From sequence record SRR22947727_1910: a stretch of DNA of 35,158 bases; one strand, written 5' to 3'. A program made the translations under genes and the position numbers. This document shows, piece after piece, positions 9,855-19,864 of the stretch. How positions within the stretch are numbered: the first letter of the stretch is position 1; every line of letters begins with the position of its first letter. The notes under the pieces were generated by a model. It saw only the letters and a program-made list of their open reading frames with translations. It did no database searches and was not told the origin of the DNA.

Positions 9855-11261
9855 ATGAAAGTTGTCATTTTCGCCCTCACTTTTCTCGCTGCCGCCTCTC
9901 ATGCTGTTGAGCCGTATCCGTGGAAAGCCGCAGTCGCATCAGAGAAAATTACGCCAACGGAAGAAGTCTGGATGGCGGGCTACGCGGGCAGAAAGGGCCC
10001 CATGGAATCAGTGAAGCGGGACATCTTCGCAAAGGCGCTGGCCATTGAAGATGCGGAGGCAAATCGCTTTGTTTTTATCACCCTCGATCTCATTGGCGTG
10101 CCGAAAGAATTTCGCATCGATGTTGAGAAACTGGCTGAGGAAAAATATCAACTCGCTCCCGGGGCGGTGCTTATCAACGCTTCGCACACGCATTCCGGGC
10201 CGATGTTGCGGACTTATCGACCTCCTGGATCAGACAAATTATTGCCCTCCTACAGTTCAATCCCCGAGGCAGATCACGAAATGCGAGTCCAGCAGGTCAT
10301 CGATTATCGGAAAATGCTGCTCGAAAAAATCGATAAGCTCTTCGAAAAAACGCTCTCAAACCTGCAGCCAACTTCGATCACTTGGTCGAAAGCTCGCGCC
10401 GGCTTTGCGATGAATCGGCGGACGCCGGTTGGTTCGGCCGGATGGAAAAACTCTCCCAATCCAAATGCGCCCGTGGATCACGATGTTCCCGTTTTACAGG
10501 TGAAAAGTGCTGACGGAAAAGAACTGAAAGCCCTTCTCTTTGGCTATGCTTGTCACGCGACAACCCTCGGCACGATGGAAATTCACGGGGATTGGCCGGG
10601 CTACGCACAGCATTTTTTGGAGGAAGATCATCCCGGGGCAATTGCAATGTTTATGAATGGAGCTTCCGCCGATCAAAATCCGTATCCTCGCCGCCTGCCC
10701 GTTTTTGTAGAACGTCACGGGCGAGCCGCGGCCATGGCCGTCGAGGCCGCTTTGCAAACACCGCAAATTCCCGTTTCGGGGCCGATTCGATCCGCGATTT
10801 CATGGCCGGAAATTAGTTATCAAACGGCACCGACCCGGACTGAGCTCGAAAAACGAGTCGCTGAGAAATCCGGTTATGAAAAGCGCTACGCCGAGTTTTT
10901 GTTGGCCGTGTTGGACTCCGGAAACGAATTTCCCAAGTCCTATCCAGTCCCCACCCAGGTCGTCCGATTTGGCGATTCACTGACTTTTGCCGCCATCGGT
11001 GGCGAAGTGGTTGTTGACTACGCGCTCCGATTAAAAAAGGAACTCGCGGAAAAATCCAACGGCGCGCCGGTGTGGTTTTTAGGCTATTCGAACGATGTCA
11101 TGACTTATATTCCAAGCCGCCGCATTCTCGATGAGGGCGGCTACGAAGGCGGTGGAGCCATGATTTACGTCCGTTCAACCATACATCCTGCGCCATGGGA
11201 ACCTGCGATCGAAGACAAACTAATCGGCGAGATTCACCGGTTGTTTGATTCGCTAGAGTGA
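9855..11261 (+). CDS. Neutral/alkaline ceramidase-like hydrolase (exported)
   Basis: MAGY, NASHTHSGP, NRR, CHATTL, GYSND..YIP, GGYE motifs; signal peptide from ATG 9855. Confidence 0.82.
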   Translation: MKVVIFALTFLAAASHAVEPYPWKAAVASEKITPTEEVWMAGYAGRKGPMESVKRDIFAKALAIEDAEANRFVFITLDLIGVPKEFRIDVEKLAEEKYQLAPGAVLINASHTHSGPMLRTYRPPGSDKLLPSYSSIPEADHEMRVQQVIDYRKMLLEKIDKLFEKTLSNLQPTSITWSKARAGFAMNRRTPVGSAGWKNSPNPNAPVDHDVPVLQVKSADGKELKALLFGYACHATTLGTMEIHGDWPGYAQHFLEEDHPGAIAMFMNGASADQNPYPRRLPVFVERHGRAAAMAVEAALQTPQIPVSGPIRSAISWPEISYQTAPTRTELEKRVAEKSGYEKRYAEFLLAVLDSGNEFPKSYPVPTQVVRFGDSLTFAAIGGEVVVDYALRLKKELAEKSNGAPVWFLGYSNDVMTYIPSRRILDEGGYEGGGAMIYVRSTIHPAPWEPAIEDKLIGEIHRLFDSLE

Positions 11262-11268
11262 TTAAAAA

Positions 11269-12399
11269 TCAAACAGTTAGCCGCCGATCACGCGCTTTGA
11301 TTTCCCAACGCTCGCCGGTTGCTGCGCCGTCGCGAACAATCACGACTTCCTGATGCAACGCGACGGTTGGGCAAATATGACGGGGGATTCCATACAAAAC
11401 GTCCCCGATTGTTAAGCTGGAGGCCACCTCAGTCTTGATAACCAGATGTTCCTCGCTTTGACCTAGAAACTCAGCGTCCGGCAACGATGGGAAACGCACC
11501 CGCATGTCGAGTGACATCTCTGCAGCCACAGCTTTGTGGCCTAAATCAACACAGATCAAATTTTCGTCGGGAGTTCCCGGTTTACTGATCACTCGGGTCA
11601 AAAGCGCCGCTGCCCAGACAAATCCCAATTCAGGAAAGGCATCTTCGTAACCCGTGTCCCACAAAGTCGGTGTTCCTGCCGAACACTCGTAGGAAAAAGG
11701 CATTTCAGCCGCTTTTTCAGCATGCAATGCCATGGTCGGAGAGCCCCCCGTCACTAGTGCTTTGGTTTCTATTCCCGCTTCTTTCAATTCGTCGATGAAA
11801 GCAAAAATAGGATCAAATGATTCCGCAAAACGCCTTATGCGAACTTCCAGTTCAGCATCGTGGATGTGCCCATCGTAGGCGTGAACCCCTGCAAACTCGA
11901 TTCCTTCCGTGGCGACAATTTGTTTTACCAACTCAATCGCCTCAGGGCCGGGCAGGATTCCTGTCCGGTTCATCCCCGGATTGATATCGATGCAGAGCGG
12001 CAACGATTTGCCTACGGTCGAAAACTCAGCGGCAATGGCTTTCGCTGCTTCATCGCTGTCACAGACGGCAGAAAATTTCACGGAGGGGAACAGTTCCGTT
12101 AGCTTCAAAAGTCTGGCAATGTTAGGGCCGATCGGCGGATAGGCCATCATCACATCGGGTGAGTCTGCTTCGGCGCACATTTCCATTTCTGCGATCGTGG
12201 CGCATTTCGTTTTCGTAATCCCATGGGCGAGCTGCATTTTCACGATCTCGCCGAGTTTGTGAGTTTTGATATGAGGCCGCAACCGTTCGGGTTTGCCGCC
12301 CACAATGTCGACCATGTGGGCGATGTTCTGTTCGACCTGTTCAGGGAAAATCAAAAGGGCTGGGGACGGAATGGTTTCAGGATTATTCGGGTATTGCAT
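11269..12399 (-). CDS. D-TA/DSD1 family PLP-dependent enzyme (fold type III)
   Basis: LRPHIKTHK (PLP lysine), HAYDGH, GGSPT, SEEH, PRHICPTV. Confidence 0.9.
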   Translation of the reverse strand: MQYPNNPETIPSPALLIFPEQVEQNIAHMVDIVGGKPERLRPHIKTHKLGEIVKMQLAHGITKTKCATIAEMEMCAEADSPDVMMAYPPIGPNIARLLKLTELFPSVKFSAVCDSDEAAKAIAAEFSTVGKSLPLCIDINPGMNRTGILPGPEAIELVKQIVATEGIEFAGVHAYDGHIHDAELEVRIRRFAESFDPIFAFIDELKEAGIETKALVTGGSPTMALHAEKAAEMPFSYECSAGTPTLWDTGYEDAFPELGFVWAAALLTRVISKPGTPDENLICVDLGHKAVAAEMSLDMRVRFPSLPDAEFLGQSEEHLVIKTEVASSLTIGDVLYGIPRHICPTVALHQEVVIVRDGAATGERWEIKARDRRLTV

Positions 12400-12670
12400 G
12401 ATCGGCTATGGTGAAGGTGGCAAAGGTGATGAGGGCGAAAATGATCAGACCAAATTTGACCATAAAGACATCAACGTTTGTTGGAGTTTTGAGGCGTCGG
12501 ATTAAAAAAATGGCGATGGTAAAGGTGTGGACGAAACCGCTGATAAACAAAACGAAAAACGACAACTGATCGAGAGGCAGCAGCCACGCGAGGAGGAAAA
12601 AGACGACGGCTGCGGTGATGAATGCCGTTCGCCATAGTTTTTTCCATTCGGCTGGTTCTTCGTTTTTCAC
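12383..12670 (-). CDS. Small hypothetical membrane protein (about 3 TM)
   Basis: 95 aa with three hydrophobic segments; fills the gap between ridA and the D-TA gene. Confidence 0.55.
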   Translation of the reverse strand: MKNEEPAEWKKLWRTAFITAAVVFFLLAWLLPLDQLSFFVLFISGFVHTFTIAIFLIRRLKTPTNVDVFMVKFGLIIFALITFATFTIADHAIPE

Positions 12671-12765
12671 GATCCATTAGGGTTGGTTCGATGAATCATA
12701 GGATGCGTTCGTGGGAGCATTTCGAAGCAATAGGGTCTGTTCGATGAACAAACCCTATTGCTTCG
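12664..12765 (+). repeat. Mosaic REP/BIME-like element (locus B): two tandem halves plus a near-perfect palindrome
   Basis: Core heptamers at 12676, 12697 and 12729 (spacing 21, 32). 12723-12765 is cgaagcaatagggtctgttc-GAT-gaacaaaccctattgcttcg, 20-bp arms with one mismatch. Confidence 0.9.
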
Positions 12766-12774
12766 GAAAATCGG

Positions 12775-13242
12775 TTAGCCGATCAGTTCGACGATGACTT
12801 CGATTTCGACTGGAATATTTCCTGGCAGGGTGTTTGTTCCAATGGCACTGCGCGCTCCGATTCCAATTTCTGCACCGAAGACTTCACCAAAAAGTTCGCT
12901 GTAACCATTCACAACTTGTGGCTGATCATAAAAATCATCCGTCGAGCTGACAAACGCGAGTGACTTCACAATTTGCTTCACGCGATTCAAATTTCCCAAT
13001 TGGGCACGCATGCTCGCGAGCAGGGTGAGTCCGACTTGGCGCGCGGCTGCTTGACCTTCTTCGACCGTCATATCGTGACCGAGTCGTCCTGTCATGTAGG
13101 TTTTGCCATCGTCCGTCATCGGGCCGTGACCGGAAAAATAAGCAGTCGTCCCATTGATAATTACTGGTTTGTAAACGCCGCCGAGTGGAGGGGCAGGGGG
13201 CAGAGTGAGGCTCATTTCGACTATTTTTTCTTCAGGAGTCAT
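12775..13242 (-). CDS. RidA/YjgF family protein
   Basis: YKPV, SGHGP, QPQVVNGYSELF, GARSAIG, LP..IPVEIE; ATG 13242. Confidence 0.92.
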   Translation of the reverse strand: MTPEEKIVEMSLTLPPAPPLGGVYKPVIINGTTAYFSGHGPMTDDGKTYMTGRLGHDMTVEEGQAAARQVGLTLLASMRAQLGNLNRVKQIVKSLAFVSSTDDFYDQPQVVNGYSELFGEVFGAEIGIGARSAIGTNTLPGNIPVEIEVIVELIG

Positions 13243-13344
13243 ACGAAATTGAACCACGTTTGGAGAGCGACTTCAAGGATTCAGCTGCCGAAATGAAGGT
13301 GAGAATGATCCTTGAACCTGCGGCCACTTTGGGGAAGGTGCGAC

Positions 13345-13674
13345 ATGTACATCTTTCGTCTCACGCTTTTTATCTTCACCGTGCTGATGCTGAGTTCGTG
13401 TGGAAGCAAGCCGAACGAATCGGCTCAAACAGTTGCAAAAACGTCTTCAGGAAAACCGTATGCCTACGAGAAGTGCATCGTGATTGAACAGCCGCTGACC
13501 CTTGGTGGCGGGCCATTCACGCGGAACTACGATGGTCGAGAGGTTAAATTTTGCTGCCGACCTTGTATCAAAACATTTGAGGCGAATCCAGTAATTTGGC
13601 TCGCAAAACTGGATCGCTGGGATACCGGCGGTGCGCCAACGTCAAGTTCCGCTGCCCAAAGTCGCAGTCAGTAA
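13345..13674 (+). CDS. Lipoprotein with YHS/TRASH-like Cys metal-binding domain
   Basis: Lipobox LSSC; CIV...YDGREVKFCCRPC. Overlaps the 3' end of the convergent punA by 33 nt. Confidence 0.75.
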   Translation: MYIFRLTLFIFTVLMLSSCGSKPNESAQTVAKTSSGKPYAYEKCIVIEQPLTLGGGPFTRNYDGREVKFCCRPCIKTFEANPVIWLAKLDRWDTGGAPTSSSAAQSRSQ

Positions 13675-14424
13675 ATCGACAAGTTGGCCCGCAGCGGTTG
13701 CTCCCATTTCAATGACTTCGGAGTGATCTAAAAGATCATCCGTCATACCAGCGCCATAATTGGTGAGGCAGGAAAATCCGGCAACTTCAATGTCAAGAGC
13801 GCGGGCTTGAATTGCTTCGGGAACAGTCGACATCCCAACGGCATCAGCACCGAGCGTCCTGACCATCCGGATTTCGGCCGGAGTCTCATATTGTGGACCG
13901 GGCATCCAGGCATAAACCCCTGTGGCCAAATCGATCTCGAGTTCGGCTGCTTTTTCGCGAAACTGCTTACGCATCGATTTCGAATACACCTCGGTTTGAT
14001 CGATGAAATTGGCCCCGCCAAAAAGCGGAGACTGTCCGGTGAAATTCAGGTGGTCGGTGATTTGCATCCATTGACCCGGCGAAAAATTCTCGTTCACGAT
14101 TCCCGCCGCGTTGGTCAAAATCAGCTGCCGAATTCCCATTTCATGCATCACCCGAATGCCTGTCGAAATCTCTTTTACCGTCCAGCCTTCATACAAGTGG
14201 ACGCGGCCCTGTGCTATGACGAGGCGCTTTCCGTTTAACTCGCCAAAGATGAATTTTCCCTCGTGTCCAGGAACTTTGCTGACGGGAAGCCCCGCGATTT
14301 CAGAATACGGAATGGTTTCAATCGGCATGATGCGATCCGCGAAACTGCCCAACCCTGAACCGAGAACGAGTCCAATTTCGGGATTGAAATCACGGACGGA
14401 TTGGGGGATTTGAAATTCGGACAT
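13642..14424 (-). CDS. punA: Purine-nucleoside phosphorylase (trimeric type)
   Basis: LGSGLG, GRVHLYEG, LTNAAG, GPQYETPAE, VGMSTVPE, TN. Confidence 0.93.
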   Translation of the reverse strand: MSEFQIPQSVRDFNPEIGLVLGSGLGSFADRIMPIETIPYSEIAGLPVSKVPGHEGKFIFGELNGKRLVIAQGRVHLYEGWTVKEISTGIRVMHEMGIRQLILTNAAGIVNENFSPGQWMQITDHLNFTGQSPLFGGANFIDQTEVYSKSMRKQFREKAAELEIDLATGVYAWMPGPQYETPAEIRMVRTLGADAVGMSTVPEAIQARALDIEVAGFSCLTNYGAGMTDDLLDHSEVIEMGATAAGQLVDLLTATLGSGT

Positions 14425-14448
14425 AGATTTGGGATCGTAACACAGAAC

Positions 14449-17085
14449 TCACTTCGCCGAAATAACCAGCCAACACAATGCAGTGTTTGTGTTGCTTCCG
14501 GATTTCCCGATCACCATCGTGAGCAGGCCATCCTTCACTTCAACAGTCGCCGTCGCTTCGTGAAATTCTCCTGCAGTTGTCGAAATATTATCGACCAGCA
14601 TTTCACCTTCGACCGTGACGTTTTGGCCCGCTTGTTCGTGGCCGGAATCACCAATGCAAACCGTGACTGAGTAGCTGCCATTTTCGATAGCGGTTTCCCA
14701 CGTATCCTTGGTTCTGGTGAACAGAAAGGCGTCTCGCTCAGGTTCGGGCAGAGCGTTTCGTGATCGTGCGTTTTTCGAAATGTCGCGGGTCCAACCGTGT
14801 CCGGTTTTTTCAGAGAAAACGTGGCCGACATCACGCGTGAAGCCCTTTGCTGCGGGAGTTTTTGAACTAGCGAAATCGAAGCGAATTTCTCCGGTGGGAT
14901 CGAAATTATTTGGCATGCCATCCGTTTGAGGCGTTGGGGGAGGTCTCTCAATTTTCCAAACAATTGGTTCATTCGGTGTAAAGAGCAGAGCGTCATCGAA
15001 ATCAGGAATGCCGTCACCATCCGCGTCGGTTGGGGACTTCCTTACCGTCTCCTTAACGGTGAACTCGCCCCAAATCATTTCAGCTGAAAGCGAATTCGAA
15101 AACTTAATCGGAGAGCCAACTAGCCCTTCGTCATCACTGTTTCCGATCCACCTCTTTCCAAATTCATGCAGGTAAAGTTTATCAAGCGGTTTGAAATCAA
15201 CCTCTCTTGGAATTGGTTTCAGAATTCCGCTGGAACCTATTCGATTTGCCGCGACGAATCCCGAACCTCCGGGTTTGAGATCTCGAAACGGGAAAAGGAG
15301 CAGTGGAACTCCCGCCATTTTTTCACTGCAAAGGCCATCTCGAACCGCTTCCAAAAGCCCGCGATCATACGGAATCTCACGCGGATTCACGCCCTCTGCC
15401 AAGCTCACTGCCGCCATGGCACCGCTTGCCTGACCGATGTGAATCCGCTGATCATGTAGCCGAATCGCCGCATTCACGATGCTGCTGTATCCCACGTTAC
15501 CCTGTGATCCGATAAGCCCATCCAACTCAATTGGAACAAGGCTTCGTGCCGGAAAAACGCAGCGATCACTGATGTGTTTGGTGTGACGCCCCGGTGTCTC
15601 GCAATCGATCCAGGGACCGTTTTCACCCTCGCTTTTGAGATAGGTTCGGCCGGTGCGGTGAAAGTCGTAGTGGAATTGCCACGCGAACAAACCATCGGGA
15701 TACATCACGTGCGAAAAGCGCTCCTTCGCAGCGGTTTTTGTTTCGCCGTCGCGATTTCGTCCGTCCTGCTCGCGCATCATATACACGGCTTTTAAGCGTA
15801 GTGATTCGCGAATGTAAGGCTTTGGTGGAAGGTGATCGGTGGTTCCAAATTCTCGACTGAGACGAAAGTTGCGAAATGAATTCGTTTTATCCTCGGCCTG
15901 TTCGTGAACAAAATTCTGCAAATGATAGAGCACTCCGCGAGAGTGATTTTTCGCATCCTGAAAAATGATCTCACGTTGTTCACGAGTCATTTCGACGATG
16001 TTTTTTGTCGATGCACCGAGTTCAGTCTCTTCCAGTGCATCGGCGACTCGCTTCGGTAGGCGGGTGAGGGGATAATCCTGTCCGTTCATGTAATTCAGTA
16101 GGATGCTGGTCTTACCATCTTTGCTTGCGAAGCCATCCACAATCCGGCGAACGGTGAAAACGGAGAGCTGTCGGGTGGAAGCCTTTCCGGCATCCGGCCA
16201 ATGAGGAATCGCCCCCAGCCCGGTTTTCTGATCCCATTTCAGATTGAAAAATGCGGTCCGACTGAAGGGAGTGGCTCGCGGATAATTGCGATCGTCAAAA
16301 TTCGGAGGTTCGGGAATTGGCGTAGGCTCTCCGGTCGGAGATTCCTCGACAATGATTGCCCAGGTGATCGGGTTCATTTCATTTGGAACAACTTTCTCCG
16401 AGGCGCTCGGCTCGTTGTAGCGTGATTTTGGGTCCGCCCCGCATTCATACGCCGCGCCAGAAAGCTGAATGATATCTCCCCAATCTGACGCATCGATTGT
16501 CATTGTTGCCTTCACTGACAAGTCGGACTCGATTTTTCCGAGCGGGGCAAAGTCCGTACCGCGCAGCAAATTACCTTCTACCTGAGCTGCAACCGCGTAA
16601 TGATTCCAAAAAACCTGGACCTGCCCCGAATCGACAAATGGCTGGATCATTTCACGAAAAATGGCCTCGGCTTCCGCCGGTCGAAACGTCGAGGGTCCAT
16701 GCCACGGTTTTCCCGGCATCGGTGATCCGTATTGTGTGGTGTTGTGAGCTTCGATGCGATCCATCAACTCTTTGAACAACCCACTTCGATGAAACGAGCG
16801 CTTCATCGGATGCCAATCCACGCCCCAGCCGACTTTTCCCGGTCCTTTATTCTCGTCCACGCAAGCAAGCGCCTGTTCCGTGTATTGCCCGCCATACCAT
16901 TCGCCATCGTGAACAATTGTGATGGATTTCACCCCCATCCGCGCTGCTTGAATCGCCGCGGCCCAACCCGATTCCGTGGCGCCGACGATTAGCAGATCGG
17001 TTTCGATTCTCTGAATTTCGGCCTGACCGATTCGGGGAAAACCGGATAAAAAGAGGAGAAGTAGGACAAGCAATTTTGATTTCAA
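14449..17085 (-). CDS. Exported FAD-dependent oxidoreductase (PF12831-like) with C-terminal beta-sandwich domain
   Basis: DLLIVGATESGWAAAIQAAR, TIDASDWGD, PYIRESLRL, GQASG; DADGDGIPD Ca-loop; C-terminal NGSYSVTVCIGD carbohydrate-binding-like module. Confidence 0.82.
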   Translation of the reverse strand: MKSKLLVLLLLFLSGFPRIGQAEIQRIETDLLIVGATESGWAAAIQAARMGVKSITIVHDGEWYGGQYTEQALACVDENKGPGKVGWGVDWHPMKRSFHRSGLFKELMDRIEAHNTTQYGSPMPGKPWHGPSTFRPAEAEAIFREMIQPFVDSGQVQVFWNHYAVAAQVEGNLLRGTDFAPLGKIESDLSVKATMTIDASDWGDIIQLSGAAYECGADPKSRYNEPSASEKVVPNEMNPITWAIIVEESPTGEPTPIPEPPNFDDRNYPRATPFSRTAFFNLKWDQKTGLGAIPHWPDAGKASTRQLSVFTVRRIVDGFASKDGKTSILLNYMNGQDYPLTRLPKRVADALEETELGASTKNIVEMTREQREIIFQDAKNHSRGVLYHLQNFVHEQAEDKTNSFRNFRLSREFGTTDHLPPKPYIRESLRLKAVYMMREQDGRNRDGETKTAAKERFSHVMYPDGLFAWQFHYDFHRTGRTYLKSEGENGPWIDCETPGRHTKHISDRCVFPARSLVPIELDGLIGSQGNVGYSSIVNAAIRLHDQRIHIGQASGAMAAVSLAEGVNPREIPYDRGLLEAVRDGLCSEKMAGVPLLLFPFRDLKPGGSGFVAANRIGSSGILKPIPREVDFKPLDKLYLHEFGKRWIGNSDDEGLVGSPIKFSNSLSAEMIWGEFTVKETVRKSPTDADGDGIPDFDDALLFTPNEPIVWKIERPPPTPQTDGMPNNFDPTGEIRFDFASSKTPAAKGFTRDVGHVFSEKTGHGWTRDISKNARSRNALPEPERDAFLFTRTKDTWETAIENGSYSVTVCIGDSGHEQAGQNVTVEGEMLVDNISTTAGEFHEATATVEVKDGLLTMVIGKSGSNTNTALCWLVISAK

Positions 17086-17157
17086 AACATTGCAAACTAA
17101 TCAGAACGGCTCGGCTGCGTCAATTCCGCGACCTCGTAAAGTATGGTGGGTGGCCGC

Positions 17158-18573
17158 TCAATACTGCTTCCGCATGTGGCTTGGGAGAATGTGCAATTCG
17201 TCGCGATACTTTGCTACCGTTCGCCGAGCAATTTTCAGCCCCTTTTCTTCGAGCTTTTTCACCAACGCCGCATCGCTGAGCGGTTTTTTGTGATCTTCTT
17301 CGGCGACGATTTCGGCCAGTGCTTTTTTAACGCTGGTATTGCTCATCGTTTCACCGCTCTCGGTTTCGTATCCGGTGGTGAAAAAATATTTCATCTCAAA
17401 AACACCCCAAGGAGTTTTCATGTACTTTCCTGAAACCGCCCGGCTGACCGTGGTTTCATGGACCTCAACGATTTCAGCAATCTGAGCCATGTTCATCGGA
17501 TGCAACTTGGACGCGCCATGCTCGAAGAAATCGACTTGTCGTTTTACGATCTGATTAGCGATGTTTTCGATCGTCTGCTGGCGCTGGTGAATACTGCGAA
17601 TGAGAAATTTTCCTGCGCGAATTTTTTCGCGAATGTACTCCCGCACTTCACCTTTTCCGCCGCTACCGCTCTGGGCCATTAGATCTTTATAGGAGTTGCT
17701 GATCCGCAGTCGGGGAATTTGCTCATTCACCATTTGGACTTTCCACTCGTCTCCGACTTGTTCGACGATAACGTCCGGCGTTACATAAGCATTGGTGCCG
17801 GTGGTGTAATCACTGCCAGGCTTTGGGTCCAATCGGGCGATTGCTTCAGCCGCTGCCGAAATCTGATCGACCGCTACTCCCGTTTTTTTTGCAATTTGGG
17901 GAAAGCGATGTTTCGCGAGATCATCGAGATACTTGTCAATGATACGATATTCCAGACTGTGATGCTTTCCGTTTTGGTCGAGTTGTATCAAAAGACACTC
18001 CCGAAGATCGCTTGCTCCAACCCCTTTTGGTTCAAAGGTTTGAATCAAAAGTTGAGCGCGCTCCAAATCGTCGAAAGGAATCGCCATATCCATCGCAAAA
18101 TCTTCCAGATCGAGTTGTAAAAATCCGTTGTCGTCGATATTTCCGATCAGAAGCTCGACTAGTTTTCGCTGATCGGTTTCGACGTCGGCAACACTAAGTT
18201 GTTCAAGCAGATGCTCTTGGAGAGTCTGCGTTTCTACCAGCGAATCCATCATGAACTGATGTCGTTCATCTGCATCCGAACGTTGATTGGACGCGCGCGA
18301 TTCCTTCAAATAATCGCGCCACTCCTGATCCATCTGCGACAGCTCAGCGAATTCTTTATCAAAGTCCTCGTCGTGATTTTCTTGAGCCGTTTCTTCCAGC
18401 GAAATTTCCTCCGTCTCGTCATCCAATACCGGATTGATATCAAGTTCACGCTGAACCATGTGCCGCAATTCCAAAGTGGGAGATTGCAGCAATTCGAGCG
18501 ATTGCTGCATTTGCGGAGCAATCGTTTGTTGTTGTTGCAGCGACTGAGACTGCGAAAATCGTTGGTCGGCCAT
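17158..18573 (-). CDS. rpoN: RNA polymerase sigma-54 factor
   Basis: Gln-rich region I, HETTVSRA helix-turn-helix, RpoN box ARRTVAKYR. Confidence 0.98.
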   Translation of the reverse strand: MADQRFSQSQSLQQQQTIAPQMQQSLELLQSPTLELRHMVQRELDINPVLDDETEEISLEETAQENHDEDFDKEFAELSQMDQEWRDYLKESRASNQRSDADERHQFMMDSLVETQTLQEHLLEQLSVADVETDQRKLVELLIGNIDDNGFLQLDLEDFAMDMAIPFDDLERAQLLIQTFEPKGVGASDLRECLLIQLDQNGKHHSLEYRIIDKYLDDLAKHRFPQIAKKTGVAVDQISAAAEAIARLDPKPGSDYTTGTNAYVTPDVIVEQVGDEWKVQMVNEQIPRLRISNSYKDLMAQSGSGGKGEVREYIREKIRAGKFLIRSIHQRQQTIENIANQIVKRQVDFFEHGASKLHPMNMAQIAEIVEVHETTVSRAVSGKYMKTPWGVFEMKYFFTTGYETESGETMSNTSVKKALAEIVAEEDHKKPLSDAALVKKLEEKGLKIARRTVAKYRDELHILPSHMRKQY

Positions 18574-18609
18574 TCGGGGATTTCAGAGGGTTGAATAGAC
18601 TCTGATCTT

Positions 18610-18626
18610 AACAACAATCGCGCCAA
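18610..18626 (-). promoter_or_regulatory. Sigma54-like -24/-12 site upstream of rpoN
   Basis: Minus strand TTGGCGCGATTGTTGTT versus consensus YTGGCACGRNNNTTGCW (GG-N10-GT). Confidence 0.5.
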
Positions 18627-18655
18627 ATGCGTACAAAAAAAAGCAACCGGACTTT

Positions 18656-19864
18656 CTATTTGATCACGAAAACCCCGTCCTCATTAGGGGCTGCGACAAG
18701 GGCGATGTCTTCGTTATTTTCATCTACCACCACCCAAAAGTGTCCTTCGTAGGTTCCTTGAGTAGTCGAGCGATTCGGATCGATATGACCGTGAGCGCGG
18801 CGTTTTCCTTCAAATGTGACCCAAAATAGCCGCATTGTTTCAGAAGTTTGATTTTGAAATTTCAGCTGAACTCCCTCGCCGCCAGGAGGTGACGCGAAGC
18901 TGTGATTGTTCAAATTTTTCAAATTGAGAGACGCTACAGATTTTAAGCCTTCTCCTTTTTCCAGCGCAGCGTAGGCCGCGACGAGCTCCGTGGGCCACGC
19001 AAACGTAGGTGCTGTTTTTGGATCGTAGCCAACCAAATGCGGAGCACCCTTTTCCCGTTCGGGTGGTCGTTGGTAGCGCCATACTCCATCGCCAAAAACT
19101 TCCTCGCAAAGCGCGGCAAGGCCCTTGTCGTGGGCTTTCAATTCTTCGCGGGTATTCACGTGATTGTGATCGTGATCGTCTTCACGATTGGTATCGAACC
19201 ACGACTGAACTCCTTCGGCCCAGTATTCTGCCGGATTTGTTCCCGCGTATTTTCCTTTCCAAAGTCCCTTCAAAACCGCGCGTTGAAAGTTGTTTTCCAA
19301 TCGTTTCTGAAAAGTCGGATCCGTCTTTTTTAAGCCCTGCTGATGAATGCTGTGGGCAAATTCATGGATGAAAATATTCTCTTTGGCATAAGGATCGCCG
19401 ACATAGCCAAGCAGATTTTCTTCACCGCAGCTCACGGCGGGTCGCTCGGGTGTTGAGCCGAGTCCACGAGCGCGTTTGTCCCAATAATTTTTCGGAGTCA
19501 AACTGAAATGCTCAGGAATAGCAGTGGTGAACTCGTCCGGCGCCATGATGGAAAATCGAATTTTCGCATCCGTTAGGGCTTCCAACAAATCTGGCCGATC
19601 TCCGACCATTTGAAGGATCAAAAATTCGGCTTCTTTCAGGGCAAAATCCGAGACCTTATCGGACGCCACAACGGGGAATCCATTCACGCTTAAGTATTTT
19701 TTGTAAAACGAGGTATCAAGCTCAAGCCGCTCGATTTCTGCCTGCGGTGGAGCCGTTACATCACCGGCATTCGCAAGACCTGTCACCACGAAGCAACAGG
19801 GTATGAATAGCGAACGAACAGGGTACGTTCGTAAGAGCTTTTCGATCCAATAGGGTTGGTTCAT
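18656..19864 (-). CDS. Zinc metallopeptidase-like protein (HEFAH...EYWAE) with C-terminal VHL-beta-like domain
   Basis: HExxH plus downstream Glu (gluzincin-like); C-terminal FQNQTSETMRLFWVTFEG...TYEGHFWVV. Start uncertain because the N-terminus lies in a repeat array. Confidence 0.75.
   Translation of the reverse strand: MNQPYWIEKLLRTYPVRSLFIPCCFVVTGLANAGDVTAPPQAEIERLELDTSFYKKYLSVNGFPVVASDKVSDFALKEAEFLILQMVGDRPDLLEALTDAKIRFSIMAPDEFTTAIPEHFSLTPKNYWDKRARGLGSTPERPAVSCGEENLLGYVGDPYAKENIFIHEFAHSIHQQGLKKTDPTFQKRLENNFQRAVLKGLWKGKYAGTNPAEYWAEGVQSWFDTNREDDHDHNHVNTREELKAHDKGLAALCEEVFGDGVWRYQRPPEREKGAPHLVGYDPKTAPTFAWPTELVAAYAALEKGEGLKSVASLNLKNLNNHSFASPPGGEGVQLKFQNQTSETMRLFWVTFEGKRRAHGHIDPNRSTTQGTYEGHFWVVVDENNEDIALVAAPNEDGVFVIK

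Noticed and set aside
12664-12781. Integron attC site (GGCTAAC at the ridA stop plus a palindrome)
   Set aside because: No matching GTTRRRY core site downstream on the coding strand, no integrase, and the flanking genes are ordinary metabolic genes.
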